Shown here one piece after another: positions 46,865-56,280 of a stretch of 64,000 nt of DNA (position 1 is the first letter of the stretch; every line of letters begins with the position of its first letter). The position numbers and the translations under genes are program-made. The stretch is from an uncultured Bacteroidales bacterium (GTDB lineage: Bacteria; Bacteroidota; Bacteroidia; Bacteroidales; Bacteroidaceae): contig CAMGGA010000001.1 in the NCBI GenBank assembly GCA_946055515.1, positions 21,813 to 85,812 of the forward strand. Direction: 5' to 3'. The notes beneath the pieces are model-generated. The model saw nothing but the letters and a program-made list of their open reading frames with translations. It was not told the origin of the DNA and did no database searches.

Positions 46865-48052
46865 TTAGCTCAGCTGGGCAAGTGCCTGCTTGATGCGCTC
46901 CATGGCTTCGACGATGTTCTCGTCGCTGGTGGCATAGCTCATGCGGAAACATTCGGGCGAACCGAACGCGTCGCCGCCTACCGTGGCCACGTGGCCCACT
47001 TCGAGGAGATAAAGGGCGAAATCGGTGGAGTTGTTGATGACATACTCACCGTTGCTCTTGCCGAAGAAGCTGCTGCACTTCGGGAAGAGGTAGAAGGCAC
47101 CGTGGGGCTCGTTTACCTCCAAGCCGGGGATTTCGCGGGCGAGGCGGACAATGAGGTCCTTGCGGCGGGCAAAGGCTTGGCGCATTTCCTCGACACAGTC
47201 CTGCGAGCCTGCGAAGGCGACGGTGGCGGCAACCTGGCTCACCGAGCAGGGTCCGCTGGTGTATTGACCCTGGAGCTTGCTGCATGCCTTGGCCAAGGCG
47301 AGGGGAGCTGCACAGAAACCGATGCGCCAACCCGTCATGGCGTAGGCTTTCGACACGCCGTTGATGACGATGGTGCGGTCGTACATGCCTTCGCAGCGGG
47401 CGATGGAGGCGTGGCAGCCCACGTAGTTGATGTGTTCGTAGATTTCGTCGCTGATGACGTAGACCTGCTCGTGGCGGCGGAGCACTTCGGCGAGGGCCTC
47501 GAGTTCTTCCTGGCTGTACACGGCACCCGTGGGGTTGCTCGGAGAGCAGAGGATGATGGCTTTCGTGCGGGCCGTGATGGCTTCTTCGAGCTGGGCAGGC
47601 GTGATCTTGAAGTCCTGCTCGATGCCAGCCTCAACGAATACGGGCTTGCCGTCGGCCATGAGCACCATCTGGGGGTAGCTCACCCAATAGGGAGCGGGGA
47701 TGATGACTTCTTCTCCCGGGGAAACAAGGGCCATGACAGCGTTGCAGACGCATTGCTTTGCACCGTTGGAACATACGATTTGCTCTGGCGTGTAGTCGAG
47801 GCCGTTCTCGTTCTTCAGTTTTTCTACCACTGCCTTGCGGAGGGCGGGATAGCCGGCTACGGGAGAGTAGCGCGAATAGTTGTCGTCTACTGCCTTCTTC
47901 GCAGCTTCCTTGATGTGGTCGGGCGTGTTGAAGTCGGGTTCGCCCACAGAGAGGTTAATCACGTCGACCCCTTGGGCCTTGAGCTCCGCGCTCTTTTGCG
48001 ACATGGCCAATGTGGCCGAGGGAGCTAAACGCTGTACGAGTGTTGAAAGCAT
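46865..48052 (-). CDS. aspC: Aspartate aminotransferase (class I/II PLP-dependent)
   Basis: Motifs LSVGEPDF, SNGAKQ, PYWVSY, SPSNPTG, SDEIY, NGVSKAYAMTGWRIG and GAFY. Confidence 0.92.
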   Translation of the reverse strand: MLSTLVQRLAPSATLAMSQKSAELKAQGVDVINLSVGEPDFNTPDHIKEAAKKAVDDNYSRYSPVAGYPALRKAVVEKLKNENGLDYTPEQIVCSNGAKQCVCNAVMALVSPGEEVIIPAPYWVSYPQMVLMADGKPVFVEAGIEQDFKITPAQLEEAITARTKAIILCSPSNPTGAVYSQEELEALAEVLRRHEQVYVISDEIYEHINYVGCHASIARCEGMYDRTIVINGVSKAYAMTGWRIGFCAAPLALAKACSKLQGQYTSGPCSVSQVAATVAFAGSQDCVEEMRQAFARRKDLIVRLAREIPGLEVNEPHGAFYLFPKCSSFFGKSNGEYVINNSTDFALYLLEVGHVATVGGDAFGSPECFRMSYATSDENIVEAMERIKQALAQLS

Positions 48053-48103
48053 ATTGTTCAGATTGATTTTGGGTTGGTTTGTCTGTAGAAAGAAATCCTG
48101 CTC

Positions 48104-48826
48104 CTATTTACGCTTGCCAAAAAACTTGAGGAGGTAGAGGAAGAGGTTGATGAAGTCGAGGTAGAGGGCGAGGCTGCAGAGGAGGGCCACTTTCAGCACA
48201 TCGTCGTTGTTTTCCGACTCACACTCCAGGAGTATGTTCTTCATCTTCTGGGTGTCGTAGGCGGTGAGGCCGCAGAAAATCAACACGCCGAAGTAGCTGA
48301 GGAGGGAGTCCAAGGGGTCGCTCTGCATAATCATGTTTACTAACGTGGCTAAGATGAGCCCAATCAGGGACATGAAGAGAAAGCGAGCTATGGTCGAGAG
48401 GTCGCGCTTGGTGAAGAGGCCAAAAAGGGACATGGCGCCGAAGGTGCCAGCCGTGACGAAGAAGGTGGTTGCTACGCTGGTTTCGGTGTAGGCCAGAAGA
48501 ACCACGGAAAGGGTGACGCCGTTGAGGATGGCATAGAGGGCAAACAGGCCGCCCGCTTTGGGGAAAGAGAGACTGCTGATGTTGGTTGAAATTGCACGCA
48601 CTACGACAAATTCAGCGATAATGAGGCCAAAAAACAGGACACGGTTGGAGACGATTTCGTAAACAAGGCTTTCATTGCCGGCCACCAAGTAGGCGGTCAT
48701 GGCGGTCATGGCCAGGGCGAGGGTCATCCAGAGATAGACCTTCGACATGAGGGCGGGAAAACTGATGGCCCCGGACTGCTCGGACGCATAGACCTCGTAG
48801 TCGTATGGATTGTTGTGAGTGGTCAT
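48104..48826 (-). CDS. Bax inhibitor-1/YccA family membrane protein
   Basis: KVYLWM, seven TM segments, TKRDLS, GLTAYDTQK and LYLDFINLFL. Confidence 0.93.
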   Translation of the reverse strand: MTTHNNPYDYEVYASEQSGAISFPALMSKVYLWMTLALAMTAMTAYLVAGNESLVYEIVSNRVLFFGLIIAEFVVVRAISTNISSLSFPKAGGLFALYAILNGVTLSVVLLAYTETSVATTFFVTAGTFGAMSLFGLFTKRDLSTIARFLFMSLIGLILATLVNMIMQSDPLDSLLSYFGVLIFCGLTAYDTQKMKNILLECESENNDDVLKVALLCSLALYLDFINLFLYLLKFFGKRK

Positions 48827-48926
48827 TGCTGCTAAGGTTTTAGGGTGAAATTTTGAAATAGGGAAAAGCGAACGGCCAGGGACGGTGAAGAACCATTCGT
48901 CCGGCCGTTTGCACTTGCGTTCCGGC

Positions 48927-50138
48927 TTACTTCAAGTGGAGCGTGTGGCCCATGCGTTCCTTCTTTGTCTGGAGGTAACGCTCGTTGTAGGGATTGGGCG
49001 TGATTTCGATGGGCACGTTTTCGGCAATCTCGAGGCCGTAGGCTTCGAGGCCGACGCGCTTCACGGGATTGTTGGTGAGCAGACGCATCTTGCGCACGCC
49101 GAGGAGGCCGAGGATTTGTGCGCCCACGCCGTAGTCACGTTCGTCGGGGTCGTAGCCGAGATGGACATTGGCGTCGACGGTGTCGTAGCCCTGCTCCTGG
49201 AGCTTGTAGGCGGCAATCTTGGCCATGAGGCCGATGCCGCGGCCTTCCTGGTTGAGGTAGAGGACAACGCCCTTGCCTTCTTTTTCGATGAGTTCCATGG
49301 CCTTGTGGAGCTGTTCGCCACAGTCGCAGCGCTCGGAACCGAAGATGTCGCCCGTGGCGCACGAAGAGTGGACGCGCACGAGGATGGGTTCGTCGGGTTC
49401 CCAGGTGCCCTTGATGAGGGCGACGTGTTCGAGGCGGTTGCTCTTCTGGCGGAAGGGGATGAGGCGGAAGTGGCCGTAGGCCGTGGGCATGTCCACTTCT
49501 TCGCCCTGCTCCACGAGACACTCGTTCTGGAGGCGGTAGGCGATGAGGTCGCGGATGGAGATGATGTGGAGGCCCTCTTCGCGGGCAATCTCCTGGAGCT
49601 GCGGCATGCGGGCCATGGTGCCGTCTTCATTGAGGATTTCGATGAGGCAGGCGGCGGGCTGCATACCGGCGAGGCGGGCCAGGTCGATGGAGGCCTCGGT
49701 GTGTCCCGCACGGGCCAAGACGCCGCGGTCCTGGGCGTAGAGGGGATTGATGTGGCCGGGGCGGCCGAAGTCGGCGGGACGGCGCTCGGGATCGGCGAGG
49801 GCACGGATGGTAGCGGCACGGTCGTGGCAGCTGACCCCCGTGGTGCAGCCTTCGAGCAGATCGACGGTGACGGTGAAGGGCGTACCGAGCATGCTGGTGT
49901 TGTCCTGCACCTGGTGGGGCAACTGGAGGGCATTGCAGCGCTCTATGGTGATGGGGGCACACAAGACGCCGCGTCCTTTGCGCAACATGAAGTTCACGTG
50001 TTCGGGCGTGACGAGTTCGGCAGCCATGATGAGGTCGCCTTCGTTTTCGCGGTCTTCGTCGTCGACGACAATGACGAAGCGGCCTTCTTTGAAGTCTTGG
50101 ATGGCCTCCTCAATGGTGGCCAGTTTGAATGGTTCCAT
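48927..50138 (-). CDS. ribBA: Bifunctional DHBP synthase / GTP cyclohydrolase II
   Basis: Motifs [47 protein letters not shown] and LLTNNP. Confidence 0.97.
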   Translation of the reverse strand: MEPFKLATIEEAIQDFKEGRFVIVVDDEDRENEGDLIMAAELVTPEHVNFMLRKGRGVLCAPITIERCNALQLPHQVQDNTSMLGTPFTVTVDLLEGCTTGVSCHDRAATIRALADPERRPADFGRPGHINPLYAQDRGVLARAGHTEASIDLARLAGMQPAACLIEILNEDGTMARMPQLQEIAREEGLHIISIRDLIAYRLQNECLVEQGEEVDMPTAYGHFRLIPFRQKSNRLEHVALIKGTWEPDEPILVRVHSSCATGDIFGSERCDCGEQLHKAMELIEKEGKGVVLYLNQEGRGIGLMAKIAAYKLQEQGYDTVDANVHLGYDPDERDYGVGAQILGLLGVRKMRLLTNNPVKRVGLEAYGLEIAENVPIEITPNPYNERYLQTKKERMGHTLHLK

Positions 50139-50240
50139 GTTTGAAAACGTGGGGTGTTAGTCCGTAGGAAGGTATTTCTGAATAGGTAATTTTCGGGGGC
50201 TATGTGGCCGGGGCGGAAACTACCCCGGGAAAGAACCAGG

Positions 50241-50699
50241 CTATTGCTGCTTGACCTTTTCGACGGCTTCCGTAATTTCTCCCATGAGCGAGGGCATGAT
50301 TTTCTGGACCTGCGTCATGGACTCGTTGGTGAGGAAAACGACGTTGTTGGCCATTTTTTTGCCCAAGGGGGTGTTGTAGAACTCGATAAGCTGGAGGAGT
50401 TCCTCGTAGGTGAACACTTTCTTGTAGACGGGGAGGAAGATTTCCTCGGTGTGATTGTAGAGGATTTCAATCACCTCTCCCGCAAGGAGATCGCACTGGC
50501 GATCGGTGAGTCCCATTTGAGATTTCATGGCCTTGTACTGTGCAGCCATGATATCCTTCGTGGCGTCGAAAGTGTGGGTGATGAGGAGAAATTCCTTGAG
50601 CTTGATGGAATAGAGCTTGTCGTTGCTCGATGCGGTAGTTTGTGCTGTGGCAAACGAGAAGGTGAGGCACAGCAGGAGAAGGAGAGAGATGCGTTTCAT
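50241..50699 (-). CDS. Secreted DUF2059-domain protein
   Basis: Signal peptide; YKKVFTYEELLQLIEFYNTPLGKK signature. Confidence 0.85.
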   Translation of the reverse strand: MKRISLLLLLCLTFSFATAQTTASSNDKLYSIKLKEFLLITHTFDATKDIMAAQYKAMKSQMGLTDRQCDLLAGEVIEILYNHTEEIFLPVYKKVFTYEELLQLIEFYNTPLGKKMANNVVFLTNESMTQVQKIMPSLMGEITEAVEKVKQQ

Positions 50700-50748
50700 A
50701 TCGGTGGTTTGATTGAAGTTTGTGGCTGATTATCGGGTAGGTTTTGAC

Positions 50749-52974
50749 CTATTCCTTGGTTTTGTCGCCACGCTCGGGCAGGGAGAGCCGGCGCGAGGGC
50801 GCTGCCACCTGCGGGGCCTCGGCGGGCAACTGCAAGGGGGCGGCCGCGGGCTGGCTTTCTGTGGACGAAGCGGGGGCGGGGGCGGCAGACTGCTCGGTGC
50901 GGGCCTTCCGGCGCTGGCGCTGCCATCCGTTCCAGACAGTTTGACCGACGAGGGCCAGGATGACCACGAGGAGAATGACCTTGACGATGCGCTTGAGGCG
51001 GCGGGTCTTCACGGCTTCCTCCTGCTGCTCCATTTCCACACCCGACCCTTCGGCTTCGGCCTGCGTGCCTGCCATCACTTGGTCGAGGCGGTCGCAGGTG
51101 CGCACGATGATGCGCATGTCGCGGTAGAGGCGGAGGCGGAAACGCCAGATTCTGGCCCAGAGCACCAGGCCGAGGGGGAGGATGATGCCCGCTATGGCAT
51201 TGGCGCGGGGGGAGTGGAGCGGCGAAGTGTGGGCCGTGGTGTAGAGAATGGGAAATTCGTTGAGCACACCAAGCACCTTGGGGTCGCGGCTGTTGGCCAG
51301 TTCCTCGATGATGGCTTCCATGCGTTCGCTGATGGCCTCCACCTGACGGTCGGGGCGGTAGCGGAAAAAGACATGAACATAGTTGGGAAGGCGGAGCAGC
51401 TGCTTCTCGCGGTGGTAGGCCCGGCAGTCGTCGCGCAACTGGGCTATCTGGCCGGGCAGCACGTCGAGACGGGGCTCGTCGATGATGACTTCCTTGCGGA
51501 AGAGGTGGCGCTTCGTGCGTATGCCGAAGAGGCGGCGGAAGAGGTTGATGTAGGAATCGGTGTTGAAGACCACGCTGTCGCGGTTGGCCTTGTAGGTGAT
51601 GAAGATGCCGAAGGGGGCGATGATGACGGTGCTCACCCACATGCCGAGCACCATGCTGATGTTGCCGTCGCGGGCGAGCTTCATGCCCGAGGTGTTGATG
51701 ATGTACCAGAAGATGAAGATGATGACCGAAATGACGGTGGGCATGCCGAGTCCGCCCTTGCGGATGATGGCCCCCAGGGGTGCGCCCACGAAGAAGAAGA
51801 GCAGGCAGGCCAAGGAGAGGGTTATCTTCTGGTGCCACTCGACCCAGTGGGTGCGGATATAGCGGTCGCCATCGTGGGTGACGAGACTTTTCCACTCAAG
51901 GTCGGACTTCAAGGCGTTGATCTGGCTGCGTGCCATCTCGCGTGCCCGCTCGAGATTGTCGGAACTGGTGGCGGCCACCATTTCATCAAAACTTGTCTGG
52001 GACAGGGGACGAGCCAGGCGCTTGACAAGGGCGAGGGAGTCCTTGCGGGCGATAGAGGGCGAGGAGAAATACTGGCGCGCATACTCCCGGTAGTACTGGC
52101 GGCCGATGGAGTCGAGGCTGTGATTGACGGAATCGACGCTGTGATCGATTTGCCGCATGTTCTTGGCCTGGGGCATGCCCGAGAGCAGCTCCTTGTCCAT
52201 GAGGTTGAAATTGCTGTCGAAGTCGATGAGGAGCTGTTTGTACTGGAAACTCTCGCGGTCGTAGGGCTCTTGGGCACGCGCCTGGAGAGACTGCATGCCG
52301 TGGTTGGACTGGAGGCTCTCGAACTGCTCTCCGCTCCAGAGGTCGAGCTTGAGGTGGAGCTTGTCCTGCGTCATTTCGAGGCGGGCGGAGTCGGCGAGCA
52401 CGATTTGTGCCTTTTCGAAGCCCTGGTCGGTTTTGTAGATGATGGTCTGGTAGAGCATGCCCGTCTCTGCGTTTTTCTTTTCCACGTAGAGGTTGATGTT
52501 GGGCACGCCATTGTAGAAGACGCCTTCGGGGATTTCCACCGCGGGCGACTGCTGCTTCATGCTGAAAAGGAGGGTTCGGAGATTGATCTGAGCCTCGGGC
52601 GACGTTTTGTTCTGGAAGTAGAACGAAACACCCATGACGAAGAATGCAAAAAGCGCCATGGGCCGCATGACGCGCAATAGGGAGACGCCGGCCGCCTTCA
52701 TGGCCAGCAGTTCGAGACTCTCGCCCATGTTGCCAAACGTGATGAGGGCTGCGAGCAGCACGGCCAAGGGGAGGGCCTGGGGCACAAGGGTCTGGCCCAT
52801 ATACCAGAAGAACTGGGCGAGGATTTCCAAGGAGAGCCCTTTGCCGATGAGTTCGTCGACGTAGCGCCAAGTGAACTGCATCATGAAGACGAAAAGGCAT
52901 ATAAAGAAAGCTCCCACGAATATCAGCAGGAACTTGCCCAGTATGTATCGGTCTAACTTCTTAATGATTGTCAT
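50749..52974 (-). CDS. lptF: LptF/LptG family permease with long C-terminal extension
   Basis: Motifs KLDRYI, ALPLAVL, GESLELLAMKAAGVSL, EWHQK and GAPLG...RKGG. Start set at MTIIKK. Confidence 0.88.
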   Translation of the reverse strand: MTIIKKLDRYILGKFLLIFVGAFFICLFVFMMQFTWRYVDELIGKGLSLEILAQFFWYMGQTLVPQALPLAVLLAALITFGNMGESLELLAMKAAGVSLLRVMRPMALFAFFVMGVSFYFQNKTSPEAQINLRTLLFSMKQQSPAVEIPEGVFYNGVPNINLYVEKKNAETGMLYQTIIYKTDQGFEKAQIVLADSARLEMTQDKLHLKLDLWSGEQFESLQSNHGMQSLQARAQEPYDRESFQYKQLLIDFDSNFNLMDKELLSGMPQAKNMRQIDHSVDSVNHSLDSIGRQYYREYARQYFSSPSIARKDSLALVKRLARPLSQTSFDEMVAATSSDNLERAREMARSQINALKSDLEWKSLVTHDGDRYIRTHWVEWHQKITLSLACLLFFFVGAPLGAIIRKGGLGMPTVISVIIFIFWYIINTSGMKLARDGNISMVLGMWVSTVIIAPFGIFITYKANRDSVVFNTDSYINLFRRLFGIRTKRHLFRKEVIIDEPRLDVLPGQIAQLRDDCRAYHREKQLLRLPNYVHVFFRYRPDRQVEAISERMEAIIEELANSRDPKVLGVLNEFPILYTTAHTSPLHSPRANAIAGIILPLGLVLWARIWRFRLRLYRDMRIIVRTCDRLDQVMAGTQAEAEGSGVEMEQQEEAVKTRRLKRIVKVILLVVILALVGQTVWNGWQRQRRKARTEQSAAPAPASSTESQPAAAPLQLPAEAPQVAAPSRRLSLPERGDKTKE

Positions 52975-53088
52975 GTGGTTGCAGAAGGAGCATCTGGAGT
53001 GCAAGAGTGGCGGCGCCGGGGACTTCCCTGCCGCGGGGGTGCGAGGATGCGCTCGACCCTGAGGGAAAAACGCTTCGCGTAGCGAAAG

Positions 53089-53096
53089 CAAAAGTA
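53089..53096 (-). promoter_or_regulatory. Bacteroidetes -7 promoter element for the lptF operon
   Basis: TACTTTTG on the minus strand, about 115 nt upstream of the start. Confidence 0.55.
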
Positions 53097-53161
53097 CAAC
53101 TTTTTTCTAATAAGCCTTGCCAAGGGGGCAGTAAAACAGAAAAAAGCGCAGGGAATTGCAC

Positions 53162-53206
53162 AAAAAGCGAAGCGACAGCCGTAAGTAACTTACAACTGTC
53201 GCTTCG
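53162..53206 (-). terminator. Terminator downstream of tRNA-Met
   Basis: cgaagcgacag/ctgtcgcttcg 11-bp stem followed by CTTTTT on the minus strand. Confidence 0.75.
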
Positions 53207-53212
53207 TAAGAG

Positions 53213-53286
53213 TAGCGCGAGACAGGCTTGAACTGTCGACCTCATGATTATGAATCATGCGCTCTAACCAGCTGAGCTATCGCGCC
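53213..53286 (-). tRNA. tRNA-Met (CAT), probably elongator; CCA not encoded
   Basis: The reverse complement GGCGCGATAGCTCAGCTGGTTAGAGCGCATGATTCATAATCATGAGGTCGACAGTTCAAGCCTGTCTCGCGCTA folds to a cloverleaf with a CAT anticodon. It lacks the three consecutive G-C anticodon-stem pairs of initiator tRNA; Ile2 is not excluded. Confidence 0.95.
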
Positions 53287-53325
53287 ATTCAGCGCTCGGG
53301 TGTCGTTGTTTCCCGTTTGCGGTTG

Positions 53326-53333
53326 CAAAAGTA
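53326..53333 (-). promoter_or_regulatory. Bacteroidetes -7 promoter element for the tRNA
   Basis: TACTTTTG on the minus strand, 40 nt upstream of the tRNA 5' end. Confidence 0.65.
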
Positions 53334-53466
53334 CGACAAGTTTTCAAACCACCAAAACTTTCACCCACTTTTTCTGCAAAAAATCTTCTTTTTCGGCTTT
53401 TTAGCGGCAAAAATCGGCCTTCAAAGGGCGCAAAGAGCAGCAGAAAAGACGCACTTCGACGAGGAA

Positions 53467-53571
53467 GCGCCTCCACTCGGCAGATTGTTTTTTCAAAGCC
53501 TGCGATTGATTTTTCAAAGCCTGGGATTGGATTTTCCAAGCCTGCGATTGATTTTCCCCAACCACGAATTG
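53467..53571 (+). repeat. Tandem array of five 21-bp units
   Basis: gcgcctccactcggcagattg / ttttttcaaagcctgcgattg / atttttcaaagcctgggattg / gattttccaagcctgcgattg / attttccccaaccacgaattg. Confidence 0.85.
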
Positions 53572-53763
53572 CCCAAGTTTCCCCTGAGGCAAGACGGACT
53601 ACAGGAAGCACAACCCGCCTACACCTATATAATAAGGAGTAGAACCAAAGGCCACGCAAAACTTTTCAGGGCTTTCTGCGACCACTACCCTTAGGAAACA
53701 TTAACTTTGCACAACAAATTCATACAATCCCTACCACCCTACCCTTCATTCCATCCACACGAC

Positions 53764-55911
53764 ATGAAACTTCGCCCTTGGCTTGACAAACGCCCCTTCC
53801 AGATATTCCTTGCCCTATTGGCCTGCCTCCTGCTCACACTGGAGACCATCACGCTCGTGGTGCTCTTCCCTACCGACGAGGAGGCGCAATGCGCCGCCGT
53901 GTGCCGCCTCGAGGCACAGGCCGCCTACGCCATTCCGCTGGCGGAGGGCGACACGCTCTTCCTGCCGCTTCAACCCGACTCGACACTGCCCGCGGACTAC
54001 CACCTCGGCACAGTGGCCATAACGGCAGAACAGTCGGGCGCATTCGTTTCAGACGAGGGACACGCGGTGACTTCGGATGCGCTGGTACACGAAGCGGCAG
54101 ACCGTCTCGAAGGTGACGCATTGCAACAGCGCCTGAAAGAAACGGCAGATGGACTGCAAAAACGCAGGGAGCGGCTCCAAAAGGAACTGAAACTGCTCAC
54201 GATCTACGCGACAACGCATTCGGTCGTAGACGATGGCTTCAACCAGGTGATGGACTACAAGACCCAGCAGCAGAATGCCTTGGCCCGAACGGATTCGCTC
54301 ATCCAAACCGTTTCCTCGCTGCGGAAAGAGCCGCCAACCGAAGCGCGGCTCTGCGCTAACGTGCAGGTGTTTACTTCCGACAGCACGTCCACAGCGCTTC
54401 TCCCCACAGCACACCGCGACCACCTGATGCTGCTCCGCACGGCATCGGGACAACTTCCCGCGGGCTTCTCGCGGCTCACCGTGTGGCGCTGGGGGACAAT
54501 GGCATGGGGACGGATGCTCTGTGCCTTCAACGATTTCGGCGGCACTACACGGCGGCCGAGTGCATCGCTGCTCGAAGCGACCCGACAGCGCTACGCTTCG
54601 GCCGAAGGGGGACCGTGGCTGAATCCGCTGGGACACCTTTGTGGCGTGCGCTTCCACGGCGAACGCATCGGTTCGTTCGAGGTGGGCCGGCTGATGGCCG
54701 GAGTACACCGTTGGCCCGTATGGTGGGGTCGCAACCTATTGGCCAAGACGCGCGCCGTGTGGGCCTCCATCCGGCAGCCCCATCCTTCTCCAAGGGAAAA
54801 TGCTTTCGACAAAAACGAAATAGAGCCGACACGCATTTGCACCTGCTTCGTGAACTCTATGGACTGGCGCTACGAAGGCGAAGTGGTGGTCACAACCACA
54901 AAGAAGGGAAAGACCTTGGCCCTGCGCGAGGGCTGGGGAAGGCTCACCTGGCCCGACGGCACACGCTTCGAGGGGCTGTGGCAGGCCGACACGCTCTCCA
55001 CGGGCGAACGCACTGACTCCGTGGGGCGCTACGTGGGCACCTTCGACGCGAAGCTGCGCGCCACGGGCTATGGGGAGGCATGGCTCGGCTCGGGCGAATA
55101 CTATGCGGGCGAATGGAAGCAAGGACTGCGCGCCGGCCACGGTTTCGCCATCCGGGATGACCTCTGGCTCCACTGCGGCTGGTGGAAGAATGGCCGCTTC
55201 AACGGGGAGAGAATGGTCTACACGCCCGACCGTGTCTATGGCATCGACATTTCGCGCCACCAGCACGAGAAGGGACGCAAGCGCTACACCATCGACTGGG
55301 ACAGGCTGCGCATCACGAGTCTCGGCGCGGGACGCCGTGTGCTGGGTGCCGTGGACTACCCCGTATCGTTTGTGTACGTGAAAGCGACGGAGGGAAAGAC
55401 CGTCTTGAACAAGTATTACGCGGCGGACCTGCGCGAAGCACGCCGCCACGGGATAGCGGCGGGCACTTACCACTTCTTCAGTCTCACCAGCACCGGGGCG
55501 GAGCAAGCGGCCTTCTTCCTCAAGAATGCCTGGATTGCCCACACAGACCTTCCCCCTGTGCTGGACCTCGAGCCCACGGATGCCCAGGTGCGCCGCGCGG
55601 GAGGCGACGAAGCGATGTTCCGCGAGGCCCTGGTCTGGCTGCGCCGCGTGGAAAGGGCTTGCGGCAAGCGGCCCGTGCTCTACGTGGGGCAACAGTTTGT
55701 CGTGAACCACCTCAGCAAAGCGCCCGCTGCGTTCCGCGACTACGACGTGTGGATTGCGCGCTACGGGGCGTACAAACCGTGGGTGCGTCTGCTCCACTGG
55801 CAACTCACGCCCTACGGCCAGGTGCGCGGCATCGCGGGCGAGGTGGACATCAACGTGTTCAACGGCACCCGCACGCAGTTTGAAGAATATCTGCGAACGG
55901 TGAGGAAATAA
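53764..55911 (+). CDS. Membrane-anchored GH25 lysozyme with degenerate trypsin-like domain and MORN repeats
   Basis: N-terminal TM; MORN-like repeats (YEGE...GWGRLTWPDGTRFEGLW, YYAGEWKQGLRAGHG); C-terminal GH25 motifs GIDISRHQ, YVKATEG, GTYHFF, PVLDLE, WIARY, WQ and VDINVF; promoter TAACTTTG at 53702. Confidence 0.85.
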   Translation: MKLRPWLDKRPFQIFLALLACLLLTLETITLVVLFPTDEEAQCAAVCRLEAQAAYAIPLAEGDTLFLPLQPDSTLPADYHLGTVAITAEQSGAFVSDEGHAVTSDALVHEAADRLEGDALQQRLKETADGLQKRRERLQKELKLLTIYATTHSVVDDGFNQVMDYKTQQQNALARTDSLIQTVSSLRKEPPTEARLCANVQVFTSDSTSTALLPTAHRDHLMLLRTASGQLPAGFSRLTVWRWGTMAWGRMLCAFNDFGGTTRRPSASLLEATRQRYASAEGGPWLNPLGHLCGVRFHGERIGSFEVGRLMAGVHRWPVWWGRNLLAKTRAVWASIRQPHPSPRENAFDKNEIEPTRICTCFVNSMDWRYEGEVVVTTTKKGKTLALREGWGRLTWPDGTRFEGLWQADTLSTGERTDSVGRYVGTFDAKLRATGYGEAWLGSGEYYAGEWKQGLRAGHGFAIRDDLWLHCGWWKNGRFNGERMVYTPDRVYGIDISRHQHEKGRKRYTIDWDRLRITSLGAGRRVLGAVDYPVSFVYVKATEGKTVLNKYYAADLREARRHGIAAGTYHFFSLTSTGAEQAAFFLKNAWIAHTDLPPVLDLEPTDAQVRRAGGDEAMFREALVWLRRVERACGKRPVLYVGQQFVVNHLSKAPAAFRDYDVWIARYGAYKPWVRLLHWQLTPYGQVRGIAGEVDINVFNGTRTQFEEYLRTVRK

Positions 55912-56280
55912 GGAACGCGGCCGCGAAAAAAACTTTCTCATTTACATACTAAACGGGAGCAGATGCCGTTTATTAGACAAAACGCAAAACCTTTCGTTGC
56001 CTATGAACGATTGTACGCTTCCCCTGCGCTCGCCGAAACCGAGCACGCTCCAGTTTATCAAAAACTTTGCCCGATTGTACGCACCGCCCCTCACCACCGA
56101 GGCGGAGGCACGGCGATTGGCGCAAATGGCTTCGCTCGCCGTGAAGCCCTCGTGCTGAAGAAACGGCTCGAGAATATGCCTTCCCCGCCCCGCCCACAGG
56201 AAAAAGGGTGGGAGAACCTTGGCCCGATGGACAGTTTGCCGTAATTTCGCAGCCAAAACAAACACATTAAATTCTTCGAC

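Noticed and set aside
50139-50240. FMN riboswitch upstream of ribBA
   Set aside because: Only a simple ccgggg/ccccgg hairpin is present; the conserved RFN sequence blocks are absent.
53626-53637. AT-rich motif TATATAATAAGG near the third 21-bp array
   Set aside because: I found only one occurrence in this window, so no function can be supported from the sequence alone.
53213-55911. Prophage or island integrated at tRNA-Met with the GH25 gene as lysin
   Set aside because: No integrase, duplicated tRNA 3' end, holin or phage gene was seen, and the GH25 protein is TM-anchored with its own host-type promoter.
55912-56280. Purine or ZTP riboswitch, or a small ORF, upstream of purT
   Set aside because: No consensus blocks were recognised; the 93-aa ORF has no family features, and the likely promoter lies close to the purT start.
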